Assembly (NCBI GenBank): GCA_011087955.1
Contig: JAALKR010000008.1
Coordinates: 4,356-68,355 of the forward strand
DNA: 64,000 nucleotides
Source of the DNA: Oligoflexia bacterium
Lineage (GTDB): Bacteria; Bdellovibrionota; UBA1018; CAIPTA01; JAALKR01
Reading direction: 5' to 3'
Position 1 is the first letter of the stretch; each line of letters opens with the position of its first letter. The notes under the pieces were generated by a model. It did no database searches. It had not been told where the DNA came from and saw only the letters and a list, made by a program, of their open reading frames with translations. Shown here piece after piece: positions 18,252 through 29,300 of this stretch. The translations under genes and the position numbers were made by a program.

Positions 18252-18847
18252 CGCCTATCCTCTGCTGGGAAATAAAACCCAACCTCCACCTTCGTTTTTC
18301 CTGTGGTCGGTTGCACGACGAGTGAGCGTTTTTCTCCCTCAATATTCTCAATGTGAATGATCGCATTTTCAGCCGCGCCATGAGGAAAATAATAGAATTC
18401 GCCAATCCCCTCCTCGAGGAGTTCTGCTGAGCGTGGTGTGAGCATTCCAGACACGCGTATTCCATCCGGAACTGGAGTCTTTCGTCTCGTGATTGAGTCC
18501 ACCATGCGAAAGGGATCGGAAAACTCTGATTTTTCCTCTTCAGAGAGACGCTCGAGTTTGCGTTCCCGCTCTTCCAAAGACTTCTTAGTGGGCAGAAGAA
18601 AGTATCCATCGGCTTCTTCAACCCAATATTTTTGTTCATCTAAATCAAATCGAACTCGAACAACCCGTGACGTGAGTAGAGCATGGTCACGCGCCTCACG
18701 AAAGAGGTTGGAACTCTTGCGGGCATAGGCCTCTAGACTTTCACGGAAAATTTGGCCAATATCGGGGATCACGATTGCGGAGATAATGGCAATTAAGCTG
18801 ATCGTAACGAGCACTTCCAGGAGTGTGAAGCCTTCTTCATTGAACAT
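18248..18847 (-). CDS. gspH: Type II secretion system minor pseudopilin H
   Basis: It carries the prepilin motif MFNEEG|FTLLEVLVTISLIAIISAIV. The start is taken at ATG 18847, which gives a 6-aa leader. Confidence 0.8.
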   Translation of the reverse strand: MFNEEGFTLLEVLVTISLIAIISAIVIPDIGQIFRESLEAYARKSSNLFREARDHALLTSRVVRVRFDLDEQKYWVEEADGYFLLPTKKSLEERERKLERLSEEEKSEFSDPFRMVDSITRRKTPVPDGIRVSGMLTPRSAELLEEGIGEFYYFPHGAAENAIIHIENIEGEKRSLVVQPTTGKTKVEVGFYFPAEDRR

Positions 18848-18884
18848 GAAGCCTTGTTCACTAGAAGACTGTTTTATTTCGACT

Positions 18885-19316
18885 TTACGGAAGTTCATCA
18901 GAGCGAATATCCGCATCTGATCCTTCTCCACCTTCAATCCCATCCGCGCCTAAACTAAAAATGACAAACTTATTGCGGCCTTCGAGTTCGTATAGATACG
19001 GGTTATCCCAGGGATCGTTGGGTAATTTCCCGTCGGCCAAGAATCCACCCTCTGGATAGCGCTTACATTCCTTGCCCTGACTCGGCTTTTCTGCCAAGGC
19101 TTCTAAACTTGGCGGGTAGGCGTAACATTTACGCTTATATTCTCGAACTGCGCCAGACAAGGCGCGCATCTGAATATGCGCCGACTTAATATTACCTTCC
19201 TCTAACTGTTGAAAGACCTGTGGGCCAACAAATGCGGCAGCCAGGGCAAGAAGCGTTAGTACGACCATAACCTCGAGGATCGTAAAACCACTTTGACTTC
19301 GACGACGCGTTCTCAT
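18885..19316 (-). CDS. gspG: Type II secretion system major pseudopilin G
   Basis: MRTRRRSQSG|FTILEVMVVLTLLALAAAF, NDPWDNPYLY and GADGIEGGEGSDADI are GspG hallmarks. The ATG at 19316 has an AAAGGAG SD. Confidence 0.95.
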   Translation of the reverse strand: MRTRRRSQSGFTILEVMVVLTLLALAAAFVGPQVFQQLEEGNIKSAHIQMRALSGAVREYKRKCYAYPPSLEALAEKPSQGKECKRYPEGGFLADGKLPNDPWDNPYLYELEGRNKFVIFSLGADGIEGGEGSDADIRSDELP

Positions 19317-19354
19317 TAGGTTGGCTCCTTTCAAAGCATCTTTAAACAAACCAC

Positions 19355-20572
19355 TTAAACCATCTGCTGAAGTTGTAACAGCGGGGCGAATACGGCTAAT
19401 ACAATTACCCCTACTGCCCCTCCCATGACAAGGATCATCAAAGGTTCAAGTAGTGTAGTAAAGCGTTCTATTTTAATACTGACTTGCTCCTCATAGGTGC
19501 TAGCCACCATTTCTAGCATGCCTGGTAGCTCACCAGTCCTTTCGCCTACGGATATCATATGTATGATAAGTGCTGGAAATTCTCCACTTTTTTTCAAGGG
19601 ACCGGCCAAAGATTGGCCCTCAGTGATATTTTCTTGAGCCATAGTGATGGCGTCGGCAAGAACCGTATTATTTACAACCGTTTTGGCAATGCCAAGTGCG
19701 GTAATAATAGGAACGCCACCATTTAGGAGAGTGCTCATCGTGTTTGCAAAGCGTGAGACACCGACCATGCGCAAAACATCACCAAAGCCAGGAGCTCGGA
19801 GCACGAATGCATCTTTCTTGGCTTTTCCGGCTTTGCTGCCAACATAGGCGCGGAATAGAGCGCCACCCACTAGGGAAATTAGCACTAACAAGAACCAATA
19901 GGACACGAGGAAATTAGAAATATTAAGGATCACTTCCGTGTACCAAGGCAGAGCTTTATTCATGGAATTAAAAATTTTGGCGATTCTGGGAATAACAAAG
20001 GTAAAGATTCCCAGCATAAGACCGCCACCAACCACCATCATTAGCATGGGGTAGATCATCGCCGAACGAACTTTCGTTTGTAGACGCAATTGCGACTCCA
20101 TAAAGTCGGCGAGTCGAACTAATACAAGAGGTAAAGTACCCGACGCCTCACTTGCATCAATCATATTGATAAAAAGAGGAGAAAATACTTTTGGGTGCTT
20201 AGCGCAAGCATTGGAAAATGAAGAGCCTTCATTCACATTTTGGCGGACATCAGCAAGAATTGCTTTCATCGTATCATGTTCAGATTGCTCCATGACGGCA
20301 GTGATGGATTCCACGAGTGGAATGTTTGCTTTCACTAGGGAAGCGAGTTGCCTTGTCATCATCGTCATTTCTGTAATCGGCACAGATTTATGACCAAAGA
20401 GTAAGCGCAACAATTCACTTTGGCCCTTTTTAGCGGATTGTTCGTCGATAGAAAAAATTAAAACCCCAGAACGCTTTAATTTTTGACGAGCGCCTTTAGA
20501 GGAGTCAGCCTCAATTTGCCCTTTAATGTTATTTCCTTCTTTGTCAGAACCTGTGTATAGATAGATTGGCAT
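19355..20572 (-). CDS. gspF: Type II secretion system inner-membrane platform protein F
   Basis: The 405-aa product has the duplicated T2SS-F organisation with three TM segments. Its position after gspE supports the call. Confidence 0.95.
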   Translation of the reverse strand: MPIYLYTGSDKEGNNIKGQIEADSSKGARQKLKRSGVLIFSIDEQSAKKGQSELLRLLFGHKSVPITEMTMMTRQLASLVKANIPLVESITAVMEQSEHDTMKAILADVRQNVNEGSSFSNACAKHPKVFSPLFINMIDASEASGTLPLVLVRLADFMESQLRLQTKVRSAMIYPMLMMVVGGGLMLGIFTFVIPRIAKIFNSMNKALPWYTEVILNISNFLVSYWFLLVLISLVGGALFRAYVGSKAGKAKKDAFVLRAPGFGDVLRMVGVSRFANTMSTLLNGGVPIITALGIAKTVVNNTVLADAITMAQENITEGQSLAGPLKKSGEFPALIIHMISVGERTGELPGMLEMVASTYEEQVSIKIERFTTLLEPLMILVMGGAVGVIVLAVFAPLLQLQQMV

Positions 20573-20583
20573 AAGCTAAACGT

Positions 20584-22338
20584 CTAGGAGACACCCTCCT
20601 CAACCACAGAGATGCTTAATACGCGCGTCAATTCTTGCACGGTTGTGACCCCCGCTAGTACTTTTCGCGCTCCATCTTCCTGCATAGAGATCATACCTTT
20701 TTCCATCGCTTTACGACGAATCTGCGATGCATCTGCGTTTTGTATAATTAGGGCACGGATATCGTCATCCATTTTTAAAACTTCATGCACGTTGATTCGT
20801 CCAGAGTAGCCCGTGTTATTACAACTCGCGCAACTCTTGGCGCAGTAGAGCTTAATATCTCCGCGCACAGCTTGTGTGTTTATGCCTAGAGTCTGCAGCT
20901 CTAGAGCAGACGGAGTATAAGCCTCGCGACATTTCTCACAAACACGCCGCAAAAGCCTTTGAGCAATCACGCCTTCGATGGACGACGCCACCAGGAAGGG
21001 TTCAATTCCCATATCAGTAATTCGTGGGAAAGTACCGGAGGCATCATTCGTGTGCATGGATGAAAACACTAAGTGACCGGTGAGGGATGCAGTTATTGCA
21101 AGATCCGCAGTTTCTGAATCCCGAATCTCACCAACCATAATCACGTCTGGATCTTGCCGCAGGAAGGAGCGAAGTGCCTTTGCAAAGGTAAGGTCAATCT
21201 TGTCATTAGTTTGCACCTGTCCCGCACCTGGTAATTGATATTCGATTGGATCTTCAATCGTCAGAATATTAATATCTGGACTGGATATTTTTCTGAGAGC
21301 TGCGGCCATCGTGGTCGATTTACCAGAACCGGTCGGCCCCGTAATGAGGACAATGCCGTTCTCTAGCTTGCATAATCGATTAATAATTTTAAGTGTTTCA
21401 CCCTCAAAACCTAAAGCTTCGAGTGAAGTTACGAGTGAACCACCTTTCTCCAGAAGCCGCATGACAAGGCGTTCACCATATTGCGTAGGCACCGTAGAAA
21501 GACGAATATCGATCTCCTTACCCGCTACCTTCCTAAATATACGACCATCCTGGGGTAAACGTTTTTCGGCAATATCTAGATTGGCCATAATCTTAATTCT
21601 AGAAGTCACTGCCGCATGCACGTGCCGTGGTTGGTGTAAGATATCCTGCAAAACACCGTCAATACGGAAGCGGATTACGACCTCCTTATCATAGGGCTCC
21701 ACATGAATATCGGAAGCTTTTTCCTTAACTGCTCGATGGATCATCGAGTTCACAAAGCGAATCACCGGCGCTTCATCTTCCGTCGCATCCAAAATATCCA
21801 CCGAAGATTCTAAGTCGTAGCTTTCTTCATCTTCTTCGGAAATATTTTCAATGACGTCACCCGTGTTACGTTCATAGACTTTATTGATAGCGTCTTGAAT
21901 CCGCATTGGGCTGGAAATTACTGGGCGAATATCAACAGCTTCAAAGAAGACTCGCATATCTTCTAAGCCTTCTAAGTTGAAGGGGTCGCCTACGGCAACA
22001 GTCACCGATTCTTCACCCTTGACTAAGGGAAGAATGCCGCGCTGTTTAGCATAATTAATGGGAATATTATTTACGAGTGCTGGATCAATCTCTATTGGCT
22101 TTAAATCTTCTTCGTAGCGAAGTCCCATTTGTACGCAAAGAGCACGCATCATTTCATGAGGCAGCACAAATTTTTTGGCTAGAAGAATATCACCAAGACG
22201 TCCACCTTCTTTATCTTTAGCTGCTAGCGCTTCATCAAGCTGTTCGTTCGTTAGGCTTGTATGTTTTAGAAGGATCTCACCGATACGCGGGTCATTCGGC
22301 AAATGGTCCACTATCTGATTTTGTAATTTTGTGTCCAC
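20584..22338 (-). CDS. gspE: Type II secretion system ATPase E
   Basis: Walker A is GPTGSGKST and the Asp box and Walker B region is VIMVGEIRD. It has a C-terminal tetracysteine cluster (CEKC...CASC) and an N-terminal T2SS-E N-domain. Confidence 0.95.
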   Translation of the reverse strand: MDTKLQNQIVDHLPNDPRIGEILLKHTSLTNEQLDEALAAKDKEGGRLGDILLAKKFVLPHEMMRALCVQMGLRYEEDLKPIEIDPALVNNIPINYAKQRGILPLVKGEESVTVAVGDPFNLEGLEDMRVFFEAVDIRPVISSPMRIQDAINKVYERNTGDVIENISEEDEESYDLESSVDILDATEDEAPVIRFVNSMIHRAVKEKASDIHVEPYDKEVVIRFRIDGVLQDILHQPRHVHAAVTSRIKIMANLDIAEKRLPQDGRIFRKVAGKEIDIRLSTVPTQYGERLVMRLLEKGGSLVTSLEALGFEGETLKIINRLCKLENGIVLITGPTGSGKSTTMAAALRKISSPDINILTIEDPIEYQLPGAGQVQTNDKIDLTFAKALRSFLRQDPDVIMVGEIRDSETADLAITASLTGHLVFSSMHTNDASGTFPRITDMGIEPFLVASSIEGVIAQRLLRRVCEKCREAYTPSALELQTLGINTQAVRGDIKLYCAKSCASCNNTGYSGRINVHEVLKMDDDIRALIIQNADASQIRRKAMEKGMISMQEDGARKVLAGVTTVQELTRVLSISVVEEGVS

Positions 22339-22352
22339 TACAAAACCTTTCT

Positions 22353-24917
22353 CTACTCGGAACCTGATGGAACTCCACCAGGCATACCAGAGCTCCTCGG
22401 ATCTTTCCAGAGCGGACTACTTTCCACAGGAGTCGGCGCAAGTTGCTCTAGTGGGAAAGCTTCCTCATCTTTTGGTGGATACTCATCCTCCTCTGGTCGA
22501 ATCGGTGTGATGATCGAAGAACTCGACTTTGAGTCATTTGGTCGAGGATTAATATTCATTAGATTTGGTAGGCTTGCACGCATCTTATTAAGGTAGCGAA
22601 TATTTGGATCACTTCCACCCAGGTGCTCTTGCACATAATCCCCACGCTCGCGTAAGCGCTGCTTGAGCACGTTGCGGATCTTATTGTATTGCTTAATAAT
22701 CTTCGGCGTAATGAAGATCGCAAGATCGGATTTAACCGTCTCGTACTCAGCATTCTTAAAGAGCCAGCCAAGGACTGGAATATCCCCCAGGATCGGTACT
22801 TTATTTATATTCTCCACGCGACTTTCTCGAATTAAACCACTCATTACTACGGTATCTTCGTTTTGTACAATAAGCTTAGTCTTTGTTGATCTTGTTCGTT
22901 TACCAATCGCCTGACCACGGACTTCTGCCGGAGTATTTGTATCATCAAATTCTTCTAGCGTTTGCTCTACATCAAGCCGCACAAAATCAGAGGCCTTATT
23001 AATATGCGGCGTGATCTTTAAGAGCATGCTTGCTTTTTCTTGTTTAAATGAGAAGGAGTCTGCCCCTCCGTTTTGTGAAGCAGTTCGTGTTTGTTGTGGA
23101 ACAGTTTCTGCAATTTCTACTTCTGCTTGCTCGTTGTCCATTGCAATGATTTGCGGTCTTGCAAGTACGTTTGAGTTACCCGTAGATTGCAAGAGTTCGA
23201 CTAGGCCCTGGAGGCCAAACACCTCTCGACTACCAAATGTGACCTTATTACCGCTATTAAAACCAAGTGAAAGGCCAGTGGGGGGAACTCCATCGAGCAG
23301 AGAAAAGAGGTTTTTCGATGGGAAGGCGATGCCGCGGTCAGGGCTAACAACAGAGACACCGAAACCATCGTCATTTCTAAGATTTAGTTCCATAATAATT
23401 GCTTCGACAAATACTTGGTCTCTGGGCACGTCGAGCTGTTCGATCACGCGCTTTATCGTCATAAAATCTTGAGGGGAAGCGGTAATAATAAGCGATTGTG
23501 TTGCCTTATCTGGGCTTACTTTGATTTCACCTTGAAAAATATTGGCTACGAGACCTTCATTACCTGGTGTAAAGCTACCAACTCTACTTCCGGTTCTACG
23601 GCGGCTATTTATTGGTGAGCTATTCTCTTTAGCAATTGCACCCAGTGCTTTGGCTAACTCCTCTGCGTCGGCAAATTCGAGGCGAACCACATGGATGCGA
23701 CCTGAGCCCTGAGAAACAGCGCGTTTTGTATCTAATTTTCTCACAAGCAAGCGAACTTCAACGAGTCCGGCGTTATTGGCTTTCACGATGAGAGAGTTTG
23801 TGCGTTCGTCAGCAATAATTTGCGAGATCGATGCGCCGCCGGCACGCTTAGTGGAATCACTGGAGGAGGTTGAATTGCGTCTTGAAGAACTTCCGCCTCT
23901 CGGTCGTGACCTAGAACGACGACTAGAGCTGGAAGTTCTGGTTTGGCCAAATATAATCTTCTCAATAATTTTTGCTAAATTCTGTGCGTCTGCATATTTA
24001 ATTGGAATTACGGTTAAGCTCTCTTGATAACCACGAACATCGAGCATGCGGATTAGCTCCATAAAGGTTTTAATGTGTGCCGCTGTATCTGTAATAATCA
24101 AAGTATTTGTTTGTTCGTAGGCATACATACGGCCTTGACGTGGGATCCAAAGTCTAAAGGTTTGCTCTACGTCTTTGGCATTAATAAAGCGTAGTGGAAT
24201 GATCCGTGTAATATATTGATCCGTGTCGGGAGCATAGCTGCCGGCATAGAGCGGTACTTGCTTTTCTTTTGCAGCTTGCGCTCGTTCGATTCGTAAATAT
24301 TCACCAGAAGGAATAACTGTGTAGCCTTTCATATCTAAGGCTGTTAGAAAGGCTTTCCAAGCATCATGGACTGTAATTGGTGTTTCCGAAACGATAGAAA
24401 TTCTACCTTTTATTTCTTGTGGATTATAGATAAAATTTCGACCCGTGAGTTTAGAAATTGCTTTTGCTACGTCGAGTAGCTCTGCATTTGGGTAATTAAA
24501 ATTTTCCACAACTTCGCGGTTCTTTGCAAAATCAATGAGCTTTGCTTTTCCAACGGTTAAGACATCTGGACCTTTGCCTGGACGCTCTGAGCTTGCGCCA
24601 AAAGACTTATTATCACGAGAGCCCACTCCACTTGCATTAGAAGATCTATCACTGCGAGAGCTGGATGAGTCTTTCTTTCGTCGATTGCGTAGGCGTTCTA
24701 GAGCACGGGAGCGTCGATCTTTAAAAGCCTCTTTATCGGAACCTGGATTAATCGGCATTTGGCGGAAGGGGTTCGCTTCATCATCTGGGACGCTGCGCTC
24801 GTCTTGCGCATCATCATTAGTATCATCTTGTGCGATAGCTATGGAGGCGCTCAGTGGCAGCGTCAGCAAATCAACAACTAAGAAGAAATAGGCTAGCAAT
24901 GTTTTGCATTTGGACAT
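22353..24917 (-). CDS. gspD: Type II secretion system secretin D
   Basis: It has a signal peptide, N-domains and the secretin C-domain (VPILGDIPVLGWLFKN). Two Ser/Arg-rich low-complexity inserts are present. Confidence 0.95.
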   Translation of the reverse strand: MSKCKTLLAYFFLVVDLLTLPLSASIAIAQDDTNDDAQDERSVPDDEANPFRQMPINPGSDKEAFKDRRSRALERLRNRRKKDSSSSRSDRSSNASGVGSRDNKSFGASSERPGKGPDVLTVGKAKLIDFAKNREVVENFNYPNAELLDVAKAISKLTGRNFIYNPQEIKGRISIVSETPITVHDAWKAFLTALDMKGYTVIPSGEYLRIERAQAAKEKQVPLYAGSYAPDTDQYITRIIPLRFINAKDVEQTFRLWIPRQGRMYAYEQTNTLIITDTAAHIKTFMELIRMLDVRGYQESLTVIPIKYADAQNLAKIIEKIIFGQTRTSSSSRRSRSRPRGGSSSRRNSTSSSDSTKRAGGASISQIIADERTNSLIVKANNAGLVEVRLLVRKLDTKRAVSQGSGRIHVVRLEFADAEELAKALGAIAKENSSPINSRRRTGSRVGSFTPGNEGLVANIFQGEIKVSPDKATQSLIITASPQDFMTIKRVIEQLDVPRDQVFVEAIIMELNLRNDDGFGVSVVSPDRGIAFPSKNLFSLLDGVPPTGLSLGFNSGNKVTFGSREVFGLQGLVELLQSTGNSNVLARPQIIAMDNEQAEVEIAETVPQQTRTASQNGGADSFSFKQEKASMLLKITPHINKASDFVRLDVEQTLEEFDDTNTPAEVRGQAIGKRTRSTKTKLIVQNEDTVVMSGLIRESRVENINKVPILGDIPVLGWLFKNAEYETVKSDLAIFITPKIIKQYNKIRNVLKQRLRERGDYVQEHLGGSDPNIRYLNKMRASLPNLMNINPRPNDSKSSSSIITPIRPEEDEYPPKDEEAFPLEQLAPTPVESSPLWKDPRSSGMPGGVPSGSE

Positions 24918-24939
24918 AAGTCCTCCCTCATTAGACGTC

Positions 24940-25917
24940 TTACTGGATGTCGTACGTCATATTTATTGTCTGTCGATTGCGCTTAATACAAAGCTCCACG
25001 CGAGTCGTGTTCTTTAAATCTTCAAAAAGTTTTAATGCCTTCGACATATCGCTGATCTCTTCACCATTGATGCCGCAGATAACATCGCCGTTTTTCATGC
25101 CAATCTGATCATAGATGGATCCTGGGGTAATTTGGTAACAACGATAACCGGCAGGACGCCCATTTTCCATATGCGGTGTGCAGCGTGCTTGCGTAAGAAT
25201 TTGACTCAGGTTACTAAGTGCTTTGTCCACTTCGGAGCGATCGATTTGCATTTGTGTTGCCGAAATATTTTTAATCCCAGTGCCAGTCTTCACTGTTTTA
25301 GTGCGTGAGCGAGTGCGGAGCTTTTGTTTCTGTTCAGGCAACTCAATAAATTCTTTTTGATTAGTGCGCTTGTTATAAAAAATAATTCGACCAACTTCGA
25401 TTTCTTTTAGAGTAGCGGTTTTATTAATAGGCTCATTGATCTTTACAGAAATTACTTGCTTAGTGGAGCGATCATTCACAGAGGCTACAGATTTCATGCG
25501 GTCTTTTACAAGGATAATTCCAATTAAATCGAGTGGGAGGCTAGACTTGATAGCTGGGCCACTTAGGTCCATCTCGAAGCTGGCAGTGTCAGGAATCAAG
25601 CCATCCTTGTTAAAAAGGTTTCGGCTCGTGATAATCGAATAATCATCAATTGTTTTCACTCTCTGAGCTTTTCTTGTTTTACGCTTTGCTATCGAATGCT
25701 CGGGAATCATCGGATTTATGAGTGTTGCAGCAAGGTCCGCAGTGAAATAGGAAATAATTGCAATTGTAGCTAAGTTCAGACAGAGTAAAGCTTGCTTATT
25801 AAATTTGAAATCTCGTGGAATGTGACTGAGTTTCGAAGCCTCGGGAAGAGGGCTTAAGCCAGATAGGCGCTTGAGGTCTTTTTGAAAAATCTGTTTAAGC
25901 TTATCCATAAACTTCAT
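24940..25917 (-). CDS. gspC: Type II secretion system protein C (PDZ-containing)
   Basis: It has an N-terminal TM helix (LLCLNLATIAIISYF) and a C-terminal PDZ-like segment (GYRCYQITPGSIYDQIGMKNGDVICGINGEEI). It is the first gene of the operon. Confidence 0.8.
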   Translation of the reverse strand: MKFMDKLKQIFQKDLKRLSGLSPLPEASKLSHIPRDFKFNKQALLCLNLATIAIISYFTADLAATLINPMIPEHSIAKRKTRKAQRVKTIDDYSIITSRNLFNKDGLIPDTASFEMDLSGPAIKSSLPLDLIGIILVKDRMKSVASVNDRSTKQVISVKINEPINKTATLKEIEVGRIIFYNKRTNQKEFIELPEQKQKLRTRSRTKTVKTGTGIKNISATQMQIDRSEVDKALSNLSQILTQARCTPHMENGRPAGYRCYQITPGSIYDQIGMKNGDVICGINGEEISDMSKALKLFEDLKNTTRVELCIKRNRQTINMTYDIQ

Positions 25918-26127
25918 ATAGGGGATTAAGGCAATTTTCGGGCCACACGCAAACGTGCGGACGCAGCTCTCCTCTCAATAGATTTTAAGATTATCGTCGA
26001 GAAAGAAAAAAATGGAAAAAATTACTGAAGAAAGTTCGCTAATTAGGCGAATGCAGTTTCCCCTAGTTGCGAATAAAAGTAATGGGCGTTCTACACAAAA
26101 TAAGGTCTATGGCAAAATGCCAGGAAC

Positions 26128-26150
26128 GGTCGTGACAAAATGTCATGACC
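26128..26150 (+). promoter_or_regulatory. 10-bp-arm imperfect palindrome / RNA hairpin upstream of the helicase-nuclease gene
   Basis: ggtcgtgaca-aaa-tgtcatgacc. The only arm mismatch is a G.U pair if read as RNA. It lies about 180 nt upstream of the ATG at 26327. Function is unknown. Confidence 0.3.
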
Positions 26151-26326
26151 GCATAAATATGCAGGTTGATCAATCCAACCTAAAAATGAGGAAATACTGT
26201 TGAGATAAATTAAAGTCAAAAAAGTAATATGCCGATACCGCAAGGACTATTTGGCCCTTAGGCCGACAGTTTCCACTAAATAATGACATTAGGGTAGACA
26301 AAAGAACAAAGCACAGGTGGCAAAAA

Positions 26327-29300
26327 ATGAATCAAGTCCGAGCCGTTAATTCAAATACTGAATTTGTTCAAGAGTGTATTGAGAAGTATAGAGCGAAGCT
26401 TCTTGATACCTCTCGTAGAAACAGCTTGATATCTTTTAATCATAGTGAGAGATCTCGCCAGCATATCCGTGTAATCGATGAATTGCCGGATTTTCTTTAT
26501 GGTGAATTTTTGAATGGTAAAAAGTTAACATTCCGTGCGTTACCGGAAGAGGATCAGGTTCCACCAGACGAAAAGACCTCGGAATTTTTAAGTCATCTTG
26601 AACAGGCTAAGCTGACTGATGAAGAGTACATCAAGGCCATAGATTCCATTGATGAAGATGAAGAAGGCGCGCTGGATAAGCTCAAAGAAATCGAGCGTGA
26701 GCTTCGCAATAAAATCCGTGAAAATCTGGCGTTGCCTGTATGGAAAGAGCAACAGAGCCTAACCAATACCGAGGTTGCTAAAAAGCATGGTCTTGGCCCC
26801 AGCTATGAAATGCCCGAGCCAAGCACTGAAAATCAGGATAATGCCAATCGCCACATCGATAAATTCATCCAGACGCTTTTGAAGCCTGAGGAAATGTCGC
26901 GAAAATTAGGCGGCTTGAATTCTTATATGCGGACGGATATTGAAGAATCCGGCGTAAACACGCTCTATACCGCCTTTGGGTTTTTGGAGTGGTATGAATC
27001 AGCCGGCTCGGACAAGAAATGCATCTCGCCTTTATTGCTACTTCAGCTTGAAATTGAAAAAAAACAATCTCGCGAAGGATACACATACCATGTTGAGGCT
27101 ACTGGCGAGGAGCCTGAGATCAATCTCCCTTTGTCGGAACGCCTCCGGAACGATTTCGGGATTGAATTGCCTGAATTTAGAGAAGAGGACCGGCCGGAAA
27201 ATTACATGGGTAAAGTGGCTAGGCTCATTGAGAAAGCCAATGTCCCTAAAAAAGAACAATGGAAGATCAGACGCTTTATAACTATAGGCCGCTTCCGCTT
27301 TGCACGACTGGTGATGTTCCATGATCTAAGTGCCAGCAAATGGCCTGGCGATAGCGAGGTTTCCAGCAATGAGATCGTGCAAAGTCTGTTTACCGGATCC
27401 GATAGTGAGCCAAGCGGTGAGCATGCAGAGGATTACAATATCGACACGCCGGAGGTTGAAAAAACCGTTCCGCTGCTGATCACCTCTGCTGACGCTTCGC
27501 AGCACAGCGCCCTGGTCGATGTGATGAAGGGTAAGAGTTTAGCTATTAAAGGGCCACCCGGGACAGGAAAATCCCAGACGATCACGAATATAATTGCCAA
27601 TGCTTTGGCGGCAGGAAAGACCGTTCTTTTTCTTGCAGAAAAGATGGCGGCACTGAATGTGGTGCACTCGCGTTTAAATGGCGCGAATTTAGGCCCGTAT
27701 TGCCTTGAATTGCACTCTACAAAGGCCAAAAAGACGGCGTTGTTAAAATCTATCGAGGAGCGCATTAAACTCCGCCGAGGGCGCGGCAATGGCAGTCGTC
27801 TGGACTCTAAGCTGCAGGACTTTAAACGCCATAGGGACCACATCACGGAATATGTTGATGTGATGAACGCCAATTTTGGGCGGCAGGACAAGCCCGTTCA
27901 TGATTATTTATGGGGAGCGCAGCTTCGTAAAGACCGGATCGGTAATCTTTTATCCTCGATCAACCAGTGCAAAATTCCTTTTGAACAAGCCGATTTAACC
28001 GTCAGCGAATTGAGCGACTATACCGATGAGCTGGAGAGAATTGCAGCGCTTAAAAAACAGGTTGAGAATGATTCAGACAAAAATAAGCACCCATGGGATT
28101 TTATCGGCAATTCCGAGTTAGATCTTTTCCAGCAACGCGACCTGAAATTCACCGTGGAAAAATGGAAAGATGCACTTGAAAAAACCGCGATCGCGCTAGA
28201 GGCGTTTAACAAGGATTTCAGTTTAACTATCGGCGGCACCATACAGGACATCAATGCGTTCTATGATGACCTGAACCAGCTGATTGAGGTTGATGTCGGC
28301 CGGTTGGATGAGGAGTTTATTGCCTCCCTTTTCGATAAGCAGATCGCCGCTGCGATGGCTTCTTTTGTTAAACAGATCCATGTGTACAGAGCGACGAAAA
28401 AAGAAATCCAGTCTTTGCAGAATCTATCGAAGGCCATTGATGCGATCGAAGAGATTGAAAAACAGGTTCTCTTAGCACAGGACCTCAAGGTTGATCATAT
28501 GACTACCCTTGATATTGGGGCGCAGATTAAGAACCTGGAAGAAGAGCGGAAGCTCTGGAATAGGAATTTAAAAAGGCTTCTTGGCATTGGCGAGCGCTTT
28601 GGAGTCTCGGAAAACGAAGATCTCGGCAAAATTTATGCACTGGCAGAAATGGCGGATTACATCTCATCCGTTCCGCGCGATTACTTACTGTTCCGAACAA
28701 GCGATATTATAGATGAAACTAATGCGCCGCGCTTAAAAACCGCCGCCGAAACACAAGAGCGCATCCTATCAAGACTGGAGGATCAGGAGGCACGCTATGA
28801 TCTATCCATGATGGGACAACCGCATGAAATTCGCATGCATGCCGCCGCGCTGGGGAATGCCGGATTCTTTGCTATTTTTAATTCCTCATACCGCCAGGCC
28901 AAAAAGCTCGTCATGCTGGCCTCCAAGCATAAAAGCAAATTCGATGCGGGAAAAGCCGCCAGCACGCTGCACTCGATTGCAGACAACAAAGAAGAAAAAG
29001 AAAAGATCGAACAGGATGGCCAGCTGAGTGATATATGCGGATCCTCATTCAATGGCATGCAAACCGACTTTAAAAAACTGCGGCAGATCAACGAATGGGC
29101 ATCAAGTGTGCGCCAACGCTATTCCTCCGGTGATGAGTTCTCACGCAATGTGCGCCAATGCCTTTTAAAAGGCGGTATGGAGGAGCTGGATTCTGTAAGA
29201 GAGCTGGCGCGTGATGATTGTTTTACTGCGCTGAAAACCAAAATATCTGAGATTACGGGCAGCATTTTACCCGATATACCCGTCAAAAAATATCTAGACG

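Noticed and set aside
26125-26136. Possible direct repeats flanking the helicase gene as insertion scars (aacggtcgtgac at 26125-26136 versus aacggtgac at 31613-31621)
   Set aside because: Only about 9 nt are shared, with an indel, which is well within chance expectation. No integrase, transposase or tRNA is adjacent, so mobility cannot be claimed from this.
26012-26203. 63-codon ORF upstream of the helicase-nuclease gene, considered as a possible small partner or regulator gene
   Set aside because: It has no recognisable fold or HTH, only a weak SD, and a composition (Lys/Arg/Asn-rich) compatible with random AT-rich sequence. It is mentioned under the control-region finding but not called as a gene.
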